Below the pieces are notes generated by a model. That model saw only the letters and a list, made by a program, of their open reading frames with translations, made no database searches and was not told the origin of the DNA. A stretch of DNA of 64,000 nt from Octopus sinensis. Its lineage: Eukaryota. The translations under genes were made by a program, and so were the position numbers. Below, piece after piece: positions 28,189-39,871 of this stretch (position 1 is the first letter of the stretch; every line of letters begins with the position of its first letter). The DNA is taken from the NCBI RefSeq assembly GCF_006345805.1, contig NC_043008.1, forward strand, positions 34,286,001 to 34,350,000, in the 5' to 3' direction.

Positions 28189-29606
28189 CTGAAAGCAAAG
28201 AAATCAATGAGTAAGAATTTTAAAATCAATTTTTATATACTGATACAATAAAACAATGATGGAAATATGCAGGAATGGTAAAGTCTGGAGTAACTACCAT
28301 GCTTCATGGTAGTTATAACAGTTCTCTATGCATTGAGTTCACGGCCCACTGAGGTCAACTTAGAATTTTCCTCTTTTTAGGGTCAATGAAAAAAGAACTA
28401 GTCAAATGTTGGGGTTAATCCTCCCCACTCTCCTACTCTCTCTCCCTCTGATCAGGTATTGTACACAGTGTAAAAGGTTCAGCAAAAGACAAATGAACTC
28501 TTCTCATAGTAAAAAGTGATATACACAGGGTATTGGAAAGTTCCTGGCTCTAAAGGTATCACAAAAAGCCTGGTTGGAGGCCCGTCCTTCCAAGGTCTTT
28601 TACAAAACTTAGAAAAACTGAAGGACAACTGCAATAAGTGTGTAAATCTGAGAGGGGAGTATGTTGAATAAAATCATAATTAACAGATCCTCTTGTATAT
28701 TCTTTTACCCAAAGCCAGGAACTGATGAGCAAGTACAACAATAGCAGCTGCTGCCACCATCTGTTTTTATTAACTTTGAAAGGATAAAGGACAAAGTTGA
28801 CATTAAATGGATTTGAACTCAGAATGCCAAGAGCCAGAACAGATATTGCATTGCATCTTTTACAGCTCTCTAAAATATCTGCCAATACAGTGCACTGGAT
28901 TGATATTTTATTTTATTAAAGATGAACCTGGCTGGATTTGAACTCAGATCACAGAGAATTGAAACAAATACTGTGAAACATTCTGTCCAACACTCTGAAC
29001 ACTCTGACAATACACCACCTTTAGTTTAACATAATCAGAGATAAAAATGTATAAAAATGTATGTCTAAACGTCTAGTATGAGCATAAACAAATATATATG
29101 CCCAAGCATGGCCACAGCCTTAGGGCTGAAATGTATAAAAGAATAATAATGGGAACATAAACAAATATATAAGCAAAGAGATAAAAGTGAAAGTCTAAAC
29201 GTCTGATACAAGTTGTTGTTCAAACTAGTAACTTTATTTATAAGAGTGAATATTTATAATACAGCTATACTATATTTCGACTAGTTTAAAGTCAGACCAT
29301 CATCAGACTTCTTATTCTTGAGATATATACTACATGAGAAGAGAATATATTCAAACCAGGAACAAAGGTTTTAGTGATAACAACATTAGTTTAGAAGCTA
29401 CGAAAAGTTTCTAGTTTGAAGATTGAATCCATGCTGGAATTTTGTGATAATATATCCATAAAATTGATACTTGATGACATTCAGAGCAAGAACTAATTGA
29501 AATGCGGCATACAGATAAATAATGTAAATTATGAGGATTCAAATATCTCATTCTGGAAATAAACAATCACCTCATCAAAATCTCAGAACCATGAGGTAAA
29601 ACAAGA

Positions 29607-29834
29607 TTAACTCTTTAGCAATTAAACTGGGAATATCCAGCCCAAATAATTTACCTATTTTATGCTCAAACTGACAAGATATGACCTCTCACACCTATCC
29701 TACAGTGTCATTCAAAAAATAAACAATCATATCATTGAAATCTTAAAGCTATGGGATAATGCATGATTAATTCAAAACGATGTGAGTAAATAAGCATTAA
29801 GCTTGACAGATTCATCTGAATACTGAAGGGTTAA
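29607..29834 (+). mobile_element. TTAA MITE copy
   Basis: ttaactctttagcaatta...tctgaatactgaagggttaa. Confidence 0.75.
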
Positions 29835-29909
29835 AGATGTTTTAGCAGTCAGCCTGTGTTTTTCAAAGGATATTTTAAATAATGTATAGATGCATACTCT
29901 CTTTTTGTA

Positions 29910-30302
29910 CAGTGCATACTCTCTTTTACTCTTTTAGTTGTTTCAGTCATTTTGACTGTGGCCATGCTGGAGCATCGCCTTTAGTCAAGCAAATCGACCC
30001 CAAGACTTATCCTTTGTAAGCCTAGTACTTATTCTATCAGTCTCTTTTGCCAAACCGCTAAGTTATGGGGATGTAAGCACACCAGCATCGATGTTGGGGG
30101 GACAAACAGACACACAAACATACACACACACACACATATATACGACGGGCTTCTTTCAGTTTCCATCTACCAAATCCACTCACAAGGCTTTGGTCGGCCC
30201 AAGGCTATAGTAGAAGACACTTGCCCAAGGTGCCACGCAGTGGGAATGAACCCAGAACCATGTGGTTCGTAAGCAAGCTACTTACCACACAGCCACTCCT
30301 AC
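29910..30302 (-). mobile_element. SINE family A
   Basis: Full-length reverse-complement copy. Confidence 0.88.
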
Positions 30303-30723
30303 GCCTCTATATATTATTTAATGTATCCTTTATAATTATATTCTTTAATGATTTTGTCAACGCGAGAACAACAGCATTCATGATTTTATTGCAGGGTTTC
30401 TGAGACTGCAGGAAGGCAGAAATGGGAGAGGGGGAATGGAGGATTGAACCCTGAGTCATAGGTTCTCCTCATACTAGAGACTTGGCCTAAGAGTTTACAA
30501 AAGATGTCAACTCTACTGAAGGAGGCACTCCACTCAAGAGCCAGGTTACAGAGTTAGACCACATGATAGATGAAGGTAACTACCTCTACTACTATATGGG
30601 TGCAATTTCCAGCAGACTGAGCAACTGCATAGATGCACCCTTGCTGGTGTGTGCATAAATAAATGAGATATATTGTCTTGTTCCATTTAAATTATATGGG
30701 TTAAATCTTTTTGAAGAAATATT

Positions 30724-31112
30724 GTGGTAAAAAGCTTGCTTCTCAACCACATGGTCCCCGGTTCAGTCCCACTGCATGGCAACTTGGGTGTCTTCTAGTA
30801 TAGTCTCAGGCCGACCAAAGCCTTGAGTGGATTTGGTAGATGGAAACTGAAAGAAGCCCATCATATATATACATATATATATTATGTATATGTTTGTGTG
30901 TATGTGTGTGTGTGTCTTTGGTTGTCTACTCCACCCCCTGCCCACAGACACAAGCACACTGTTTGACAACTGGTGTTGTGTTTACGTCCCTGCAAGAGAG
31001 ACTGATAGAATAAGTAGCAAAGTCCCGAGTTTGATTTGTTCAACTGAGACTCTTCAGTGGGGTACCCTAGCATGGCAGCAGTCAAAAATGACTGAAACAA
31101 GTAAAAAATAAA
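30724..31112 (+). mobile_element. SINE family A
   Basis: Full-length copy, inverted relative to 29910-30302. Confidence 0.85.
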
Positions 31113-31208
31113 ATATTTTTTAAAAAAATAAAAAAAACACCCCCTTCCCCCCAAAACCAGCAACAACAATAAAAAAACAATTAAACATTAGTTACTTACA
31201 AAAACAAC

Positions 31209-31242
31209 TCAATGTCCATCAATAACTCTGTCACTATCTTCA
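31209..31242 (-). CDS. SNX27: Probable last coding part of SNX27, within a 43-nt exon 31200-31242
   Basis: tttttatcatttcag|T GAA GAT...CAT TGA gttgttttt|gtaagt. AG from the 44-nt exon plus T gives Ser, then EDSDRVIDGH*. The phase fits exactly. Confidence 0.65.
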
Positions 31243-31689
31243 CTGAAATGATAAAAATATATGGGTTATAGTTTTAAACAGTTGGTTTAAATACTTAAAG
31301 TAAAATACATGTTCAGAAGACTTCTGTCGAGTAACAAAAAGAAACCGTACAAGGCCCTTGAGTGTGTGATGCCTTTTGAACGTATTCAAGCCAGGTCTCA
31401 AGTTTTGAGATAGCTTCCTCCCTTGTTATGAAGGCCCAGAAAAAAATGTTATTGAGTCCTGACCTTCCTTGTCTGATTAACTAAAAAAAGGTCTTGTTTA
31501 GCCCAATGTCAACTCATACTGAGTGGACTTATGATTAAAAGTAGTTAGGTTCTGATCACCAACATTATTTTCAGACGACATCCTGTCTCTAACACTGAAT
31601 TCATCATTGGTTTCATAAATAAACTTTTTGAAGATGGTAAAGCATTTTTAAACTCTTCAACTGTGATATTAAATGAAAGCACCCATGCT

Positions 31690-31920
31690 GGTGACACATT
31701 AAAGGCACTTGTGCCGATGACATGTTAAAGGCATCTGTGCTGGTGCCACATAAAAGGCAGCCAGTACACTGGAGTGGTTTGTGTTAGGAAGGGCACCAAC
31801 CCTAGAAACCAAGTCAAAACAGACTGGAGTCTGGTACAGTTCTCTAGCTTACCAGTTCCAGTCAAACCGTCTAAACCCATGCCAGCATTGAAAATGGATG
31901 TTAAATGATAATGATGATGC
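31690..31920 (+). mobile_element. RTE-tail repeat ending in (GAT)n
   Basis: gttaggaagggc...cccatgccagcattgaaaatggatgttaaatgat. Confidence 0.7.
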
Positions 31921-32189
31921 TGAAGATGATGATGCTGATTCCAGTAATGATGCTAAATATCTACCAAAAATAGAACAAAAATTTTTTGCAAGTCAAGTTG
32001 TTTCAATAAACTTGATGTATCTAAATAGAAAATAGTTCCAAGCATGACAATCCACAACAAAAGATACACTGGTATATAAAATTACTTTCCACAGTTCAGG
32101 GTATTGAAATTTTGAGTGGATACATATGTGTTCTACAGTATAAAGGGTTATGAGAAATTTGGTTACTATTTTACATAGGCCATGCAACA

Positions 32190-32289
32190 NNNNNNNNNNN
32201 NNNNNNNNNNNNNNNNNNNNNNNNNNNNNNNNNNNNNNNNNNNNNNNNNNNNNNNNNNNNNNNNNNNNNNNNNNNNNNNNNNNNNNNNN
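32190..32289. other. Assembly gap (100 N)
   Basis: Run of N. Confidence 1.
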
Positions 32290-32972
32290 AATGTCTAAAA
32301 GTTGATGAATACCACCTATTGATCCCCTTCCATTTTCTTATTGCTCTATAAATTAATCGTAAAATAACTCTTTACCCTTATCTATTTAGTACACTCGGTA
32401 ATGTAGTTATCATCCAATGAAAAAACATTTGTGTATTAATACATGGGTATTCTACCAGCAGTATATTGGATAGATATTATCCCTTAGTTGGTTGGATTCA
32501 CAACCTCTAACTTTCTTAGTGTGTGTGTGTGTATGTGTATATAGGGAAAGAGATAGTGATAGTGAGAGAGAACTGTGGAGAGAATGGGGTGAGTGAGCAA
32601 GTGTGTAGAAATACAGAAACTGAGAAAGGAGAGATGGTGTAGCGGTATGAGGTAAGTGAAGGTTTATAGAAATAGACAGGGGAAGGGAAATCAGAGAGGA
32701 GAGGGAGTTCATGAGAAAGGGTGCCAAATAACAAAAGCAAAGAAGGTGAAATAGCAGAGACAACTGTTGTTTTGAAACACAGATTCAAGGGACATTAAAT
32801 TTTTTTTTTTTTTTATTTAAGTAAATGGGAGGAAGGGCAACACTAAATTCCATTCAACTTCCAGTAGTTGACTGGTACTTATTTCAACTGACCCTCGCAA
32901 AAAAATGGAAAAGACTCAGTCACATTTTAGCAGGTTTTGAACACAACATATTCATATGATGTATGACTTCTC

Positions 32973-33196
32973 GTAAGGCAGCGAGCTGGCAGAAACGTTA
33001 GCACGCCGGACGAAATGCTTAGCGATATTTCGTCTGTCGTTACGTTGTGAGTTCAAATTCCACCAAGATCGACTTTGCCTTTCATCCTTTCAGGGTCAAT
33101 AAATTAAGTACCAGTTACGCACTGGGGTTGATGTAATCAACTTAATCCGTTTGTCCTCTCTGTGTTTAGCCCCTTGTGGGCAATAAATAAATAAGT
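32973..33196 (+). mobile_element. SINE family B, near intact
   Basis: gtaaggcagcgagctggcagaaacgttagc...gagttcaaattc...tttcatcctttcagggtc...(aata)n tail. Confidence 0.85.
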
Positions 33197-33684
33197 ATGA
33201 CTTCTCGTTGTCACTGTTATATCAGAACTGTTATAATATCAAACGTTCCCGATGTTCCCTTATTACTCACCAACTGTGTATCTTCAACAAGCACTCCATG
33301 ATATCTCTATTCATTAATTCTTATGACCTGTACACTATGACTATGCATATGACACTCTTCTCACACTGTTCTGTGCATGCTCATTTATACTAACAAGTAT
33401 AGTTTATTTAGCCCATCACATGGGTGTACAGATTCTCCATACAACACATATGGAGAGATGCAATCTAATACCATAAAACATTTTGTCTAGTACACTCAAT
33501 AGACTCTCTGTAGCACTGGACAAAAAAATGACCATGCAGTACTTAGCACGCTTCCTTTAGTGTCAGAACTTAGATCCAGCTGACGTCAACTTTACCTTTC
33601 ATTCTTCTAGGAATGGTATTATGACATGCCACTCAAACACTTAAGGTCAACTTAACATTCCTATAAAACGTCGGCAACAGCCAT

Positions 33685-34175
33685 ATACAGAGTGTGGTGA
33701 ATACATTGTTGTGTAAATTATGCAAAAATGTATATGACACTGTCATCCCATTTTAACAGATATAGTCACCAAACATAAAAATATCTTGAAATACTGAAGA
33801 GTAAATTTATTCAATAAAATTGCCATTGGCTTCAACCGTGGCCTCCAGACATCTTCTGGATGGTCACCTTGTTTAAGTTGGTGAATGCTGCCATAATCCT
33901 TGACTTCAGTTCATCTTTTGTGTTACAAGGAGTTTTGTTGGTCTTTCATTCAACTGCACTCCACACATAATAATCAAGGGGGTTGCAGTCTGGGGAGTTA
34001 GGTGGCCAGATGTTAGAGGTGGTGTGGTCGCAGAAATTGTCTAACAGCCATGACTGGGTTCTCCTGCATATGTGGCATGGTAGAGAGTCCTGTTGCCAGA
34101 CATAGGGTCTTCCAGCAGCCACCCTCTTGACCCAGAGCTGCACTACCTCCTCCAGGCACTTGATGTAGAAAAGAC
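33685..34175 (-). pseudogene. IS630-Tc1-mariner DD37D (maT-type) transposase C-terminal remnant
   Basis: YVWQQDSLPCH...WPPNSPDCNPLDYYVWSAVE*KTNKTPCNTKDELK; 37 residues between the second and third catalytic Asp. Confidence 0.85.
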
Positions 34176-35054
34176 TGCAGGAAAAGAAAGACATGTGATC
34201 ATCATCCACCTTTCTTTTCCTGCATGACATTCTAAGGACTGGACATTTTCTTTCTCTTCTATCTTTTCTCTTTCCAAAGAAAATGTTTCTCCCCAATGTT
34301 CACTATTTTCCTTTTGTTCTGGTCCAACAACCCTCCATGTTTGTTTTCGTTTGGTTTCCTTGTATGTCTCCACTATCCTGCTTTTGTTCCCAACTTTGAC
34401 CCTCCATAAATCCAAAATTTTATTTTGGAATTTATGGGAGAAACTGTCTTTGAAGACTCATATTATCATTGAATGCTTGAAATGAGGAGTAGATAGACAA
34501 GCGATAACTGATGAAGGATCCTTTGTCTGTGTTTACTTGTCTATGTAAGGGACAATGAAGAAGGGACGAGAGGGAGATGTGTGTGTGTGCGCATGCGTCT
34601 GTGTGTGTATGTGCGCGCGCACACACACATAGGAGTATATCTGTGCTTTGAGATAAGCAGAGAGTGGGTGAAAGTCACCTTGGACAAGTGTCATCTACTA
34701 TTTCTCTGGAAACAAAAACTGTGAGAACTCAATATTTCATCATTTATTGTCCGTTTTTTCATGCTTGCAGGGTCAGATTGCTGAAGCAGATTTTCTATAG
34801 CTGGATGTCATTCCTGTTGCCAATCTACACCAGTTTCCAAGCAAGGCAATATTTATTACAACTAGAAATGTTTTACATGAGAGACTGAAAACAAACAACT
34901 CTTACATGACAATGTTGCTCATTTACAGTAATTACATATTTAAAACAGGGGTACACAAACAAACACAGAACTGTTTCTTTCAGTTTCTGTCAACTAACTC
35001 CATTCACAAGGCTAACCCAAGATTAAATGGTAGGGAAGAGAGAGAGAGAGAGAG

Positions 35055-35098
<44 letters not shown>

Positions 35099-35151
35099 CG
35101 TGCGTGCGTGTGTGTGTGTGTGTGTGTCCAACCTGTGCCAGTATGATGATG

Positions 35152-35194
<43 letters not shown>

Positions 35195-35269
35195 CCAACC
35201 CATGCCAGCAATGAAAATTGATGTTAAATGATGATAATGTACATATATATATCATCATCATTTAACACA

Positions 35270-35615
35270 CACACAAGGAGAAGTCAAAAATTATCTGCAC
35301 TTCGGCCATAACTTTCTCTGAATTGGACACTCTGCTTTCAGTGACATCATGCTAAAAGGTGGTACTCTGGAGGTTATGTAACCAATGTTTGGCCTTGATC
35401 ACCCCAGTTTTCATTCTTGTGTTACAGAATAAACATGGCAACACTGCTGGCAGTGTGGATCAATGAGCAACAGAGATCAGTGAACCAACTTCTCTGGTTC
35501 AGAGGAGTGGCAGGAGCTGAATTTATCATAGATTTTCAGTACAATACAGGCATAGTGCTCTACCATGCTGAAGTTTGTATGAGTGCATCAAGAAGTAGAA
35601 AAATGAAGGCTCAAA
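35270..35615 (+). mobile_element. Mariner 5' fragment
   Basis: TIR-like aaggagaagtcaaaaattatctgcact; decayed N-terminus MATLLAVWINEQQRSVNQLLWFRGVAGAE. Confidence 0.7.
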
Positions 35616-35849
35616 GGAGGAGCAACACACACATACACCTCCATCACAGATGTAAAGATTCAACAAGTACGAAAGATGGCTCTGGTGAATCAATGAGTAA
35701 CTTTGTGGCTAAGAAAGTCACTTTGCAACCATGTGATTTTAGGTTCATTCCTACTGTGAGGGAATACCTGGGCAAGTATCTTCTACTACAGACCCAGGCC
35801 AAGCAATGCCTAGTAAGTGAAACTGTGTGGAAGTTTATTTTGTATGTAT

Positions 35850-36055
35850 GTGACCGCGTGTGTACCGTTAGAGTTTTTTTTTCCCCTGTCTTCCCTTCTC
35901 TGGATCTTTCTTTCTCTTATGTTTCTGACGAAGAGCTCCACTCGAAACGTTAAACCCTCCTTCTTTCCGTCTTTGCCCAGCATCCAATAATACTATATTT
36001 GTTCCACGTCTTCGCGTTGTTGTGTTTTTTGTGCTTTCTTGTTTGGATTAACTTT
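35850..36055 (+). mobile_element. Solo Penelope-type pLTR
   Basis: Pyrimidine-rich repeat carrying a minimal hammerhead motif. Confidence 0.6.
35921..35955 (+). ncRNA. Minimal type I hammerhead ribozyme motif
   Basis: GTTT-CTGACGA-A-GAG ctcca CTC-GAAA-CGT-T-AAAC. Canonical core, 3-bp stem II, palindromic ACGT stem III, 4-bp stem I. Confidence 0.65.
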
Positions 36056-36177
36056 ATATATATATATATATAAAGGAATAAGGAGAAACCCTAACCCTAA
36101 TAAAATATTTATTAATTATAAAATATAACAACATTTCTGACAGCTGTTTCGATTCAGAAATTTATTATCCCATAGAA

Positions 36178-36216
<39 letters not shown>

Positions 36217-36315
36217 TATATATATACACACACACATGCATACACATAATATGTATGTATATATATATACCTTAGCAGCTTTCTCATTTACGAGCAAAGC
36301 CATTGCCAGAAAGAA

Positions 36316-36534
36316 TCAATGAAACGAGTCAATGTTGATGCAATGTGAGGCCTTTGTATGACTCTTGAGCCCAGCAAAAGTTTCGCACAATGTATTACAT
36401 AATGCACAGCTGTGCTGGCTGGCAGAAAGAATAGGTGCCACAGTCTGAACTCTTTTGACATGCCTTTCCAGTCCTGCAACTGAGAGGTATACCTTACCAC
36501 ATGTTACACATGTTCTGTTGTGAACAACAGCCAC
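36316..36534 (-). pseudogene. Two C2H2-like zinc fingers, probably an RTE-type ORF C-terminus remnant
   Basis: CVTC-x12-HVKRVQ and CALC-x12-HTKASH, then stop; no TGEKP linker. Confidence 0.5.
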
Positions 36535-36588
36535 ATATATATATACATATACATGCATACACATATATGTGTACGTGTGTGTATATAC

Positions 36589-36624
<36 letters not shown>

Positions 36625-36629
36625 CGTGA

Positions 36630-36667
<38 letters not shown>

Positions 36668-36754
36668 GTGAGTGTATATATATATATATATATATATATA
36701 TCTATATATATATATATATATAATATATATATATATATATTTATGTAAATATGT

Positions 36755-36968
36755 ATATGTGTTTGTTCCAGCACCATTTGACAACTGATGTTGGTTTGAT
36801 AACATCCCCATTACTTAGCAGTTTGGTAAAAGAGACCCAATGAAATAATATGTACCAGATTTTAATAATAAAGTAGGTACAAGGGTTGATTTTTTTTCAG
36901 CTAAACCCTTGAAGGTGGAGCCCCAGCATGGTCGCAGTTCAATGACTGAAAGAAGTAAAAGATAAAAG
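36755..36968 (+). mobile_element. SINE family A, 3' half
   Basis: ttgacaactgatgttgg...ccccagcatggtcgcagttcaatgactgaaa. Confidence 0.7.
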
Positions 36969-37885
36969 ATATTTATTATACTTATACCAGGGCAAATGTA
37001 TGTCAAAACTATTACTGCAGCTGTCAATGATTGTGATAATCTCACAATGCTTGTTTGTTTGTGAGAAGTACAGGAAGAAATATTTGACTACCAGGATACA
37101 CTTATAGGATTTTATGCTATCAGAGAGACAAGTACAGCTAAACTACAGTCACATTGTTGTAGTTGTTATTTATTCCAAGTGTTTAGTTTAAAATAGTGTA
37201 ACAGAATGCATTATCCAGTGTGCCAATGGGTGGGATTCCCTCATTAGCGTATTATAAACAATGTAGAACACATGACTGGACTTAACAAAGATCCTCTTTG
37301 CCAGCTGATGATCTCTGTTGTTTATCCCCAGGTCAACTCTGATCAAGCAAACCTATGAGCCCTTGGCCATAGATCTACTGGATCAAGGTTGATCTGGTGA
37401 TAGATAACAAATGTATTGGACATTGAATATTTGCAGCACTGAAGCAAAATTGTAAAAGCAAAACACTGAAGCTTTTGACATAAAGACAAGCAATTCAGTC
37501 TCTCATGTTATGTGTATGTGTGCACATGAATGAGAGACAGAGAAAGTGCGTGTATGTGTGTGTGCATATATTTATGTATGAAAGCATGTATGTATGTATT
37601 AAAAAAAAACTGTTTCGACTGTGATGGCTTATTCACCCAATGATGAAAAATTCCTTTTCATATTTATATAGTAAAAAAGAAGATGGAACACTTCATTATT
37701 AAAAAAGGGTGTTAAGATAATGAAATACACTTGCTAAAATCCTAAATATAAGATATTTCAAAAATTCTTTTAGAAGCATAATAGAGTTTATTTAGGATCT
37801 TAATGATAACTGTAGTTCACTGCCTTAGTATCTCTTCTCTTATACAAATATCAAACAGAAAAACAACAATAACTGCACACTTACA

Positions 37886-38219
37886 ACATCATCATCATTT
37901 TACATCCATTTTCCATGCTGGCATGGGTTGAACAATTTGAGAGGAGCTAAAAAGGCCAGGAGCTGCACCAGGCTGCCCTTCCTAATGCCAAACATACATA
38001 TATGCATATGTCATCATCATCATCGTTTAACGTCCGTTCTCCATGCTAGCATGGGTTGGACGGTTCGACTGGGGATCTAGGAAGCCAGAAGGCTGCACCA
38101 GGCTCCAGTCTTATCTGGCAATGTTTCTACAGCTGGATGCCCTTCCTAACGCCAACCACTCCATGAGTGTAGTGGGTGCTTTTTACGTGCCACCGGCACG
38201 GAAGCCAGTCAAGGCAGCG

Positions 38220-38220
<1 letters not shown>
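37886..38220 (-). mobile_element. Two adjacent RTE-tail repeats with (CAT)n on the plus strand
   Basis: catcatcatcgtttaacgtccgttctccatgctagcatgggttggacgg... Confidence 0.8.
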
Positions 38221-38264
<44 letters not shown>

Positions 38265-39279
38265 CTGCATTCTTAAATAGTATAAATTTCAAGGACACAC
38301 ATCAAACCTTTTTACAAGTACATATGGACTACAATATCCAATGTATCTTTTCATTTGTTTATGTTGGCAAGGTGACTGGAAGGAGATTTAGCTGTTATTT
38401 CTAGCTGACTGAGTGCCTGCATAGTGGGTCATTCTCCTACTGACATGAATAGTCACCATTAACAATGGAAATGATAATAACAAAAGCTAAGCCTAGTCTG
38501 GTAGACAGCAATTATATTCTATAAACTGAATAATTGCAACAATCAGTTATGACAAAGGATCACCACACAGCTTTATATCTTCATGTCACTCATCATTTTC
38601 ATATTTCTTTTGAAGTGAAAAAGAAGCTGTGACAGCTTACAAAATATAATGAAAAGAAACTCTGGTAGTGTCTCAGAGACAGTCAACCAGGTTATCATCA
38701 AAGTAGTTCTTTAAATTTATACAATTCAAGAGTATAAACAAACACACACACACACATTCTGACATGGAAGATGGAACTGATTATTTACATAGGAAATAAT
38801 AAAAAAAATTTTTTAATATATTTTTGCTTTTATAACTTTGCATCTGAGATGAAAATATTCAATATCCAATACATTCATTTCATCAACCCCTGCATATTAT
38901 TGTCTTGAGTCCTAGGACTCTTAGGGTTGGTTATCTGGTTTCCATGGCATCTAAGTGACCCTGAATGGGCTACTCGTTCCCAGCTGAGTAAACTGAAACC
39001 ATGTGAATGAAGTATTTTGCTCAAGAATACAATGTAGCACCTGGTCTAGGAATCAAAACCAGGATCTTGTGACTGTGTATGAAAAACCCTAACCACAACG
39101 CCACTCAGATCTTTTCCAATAATACAAAGACGCTAGTGTCCTCATATACGGTTTGTATCAATCTTTTAATAACTGCTTTCTATGAACGTTTAATAATAAC
39201 CAATGCCTATAGTGCTATACAATTTTCAAAAATATCAAAGGTAATCAAACATGCTGCCTATCCTACAACCACCATCATC

Positions 39280-39715
39280 ATAATTTAACACCTGCCTTCC
39301 ATGCTGGCATGGGTTTGATTTTTCAACAGGAGCTGGCAAACCACAGGACTGCACCAAACTCCACTGTCTGTTTTGGAATGGATTTTACAGTTGGATACCC
39401 TTCTTAATGCCAGCCACTTCACAGAGTAGACCGGGTGCTTTTATGTGGCACCAGCAAGTCTTGTTTTGACATGATTTTTATAGCTGGATGCCCATCCTAA
39501 TGCCAACTACTTCACCGAATGGAATGGGTGCTTTATATGTGGCACCAGTACCAGCAAAGTTTGGTTTAGCATGGTTTTTACAGTTGGATGCCCTCCTTAA
39601 TACCAACCACTTCACAAACTGTATTGGATGCTTTTTACAGCTGGATGCCTTTCCAAATGCCAGCAACTTTACAGAGCGTACTGAATGGTTTTTAAGTGGC
39701 ACCAGCACTGGTGAA
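39280..39715 (-). mobile_element. RTE-tail repeat with internal tandem subrepeats
   Basis: The tttta(c/t)agYtggatgcc..aatgcca unit recurs four times. Confidence 0.7.
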
Positions 39716-39871
39716 AACACACACACATATATGTACAGGGTGCGATGGGTAAATTATCACCATTTTATATTTTTAATTTCGTGCATGTGCATTGTTTGTT
39801 CTTGATTTTGTCAACTACACAGTATAGTAGGGTCAGTTGGGCACTATCTGTGAGAAAAACAGCACCAAACA

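Noticed and set aside
32190-32289. N run
   Set aside because: Assembly gap of nominal size; it could hide additional SNX27 intron sequence or exons, but is not itself a feature.
35417-35953. 178-aa ORF
   Set aside because: Chance read-through across a mariner fragment, a SINE and a pLTR.
36086-36100. ccctaaccctaa telomere-like motif
   Set aside because: Only two units; expected by chance.
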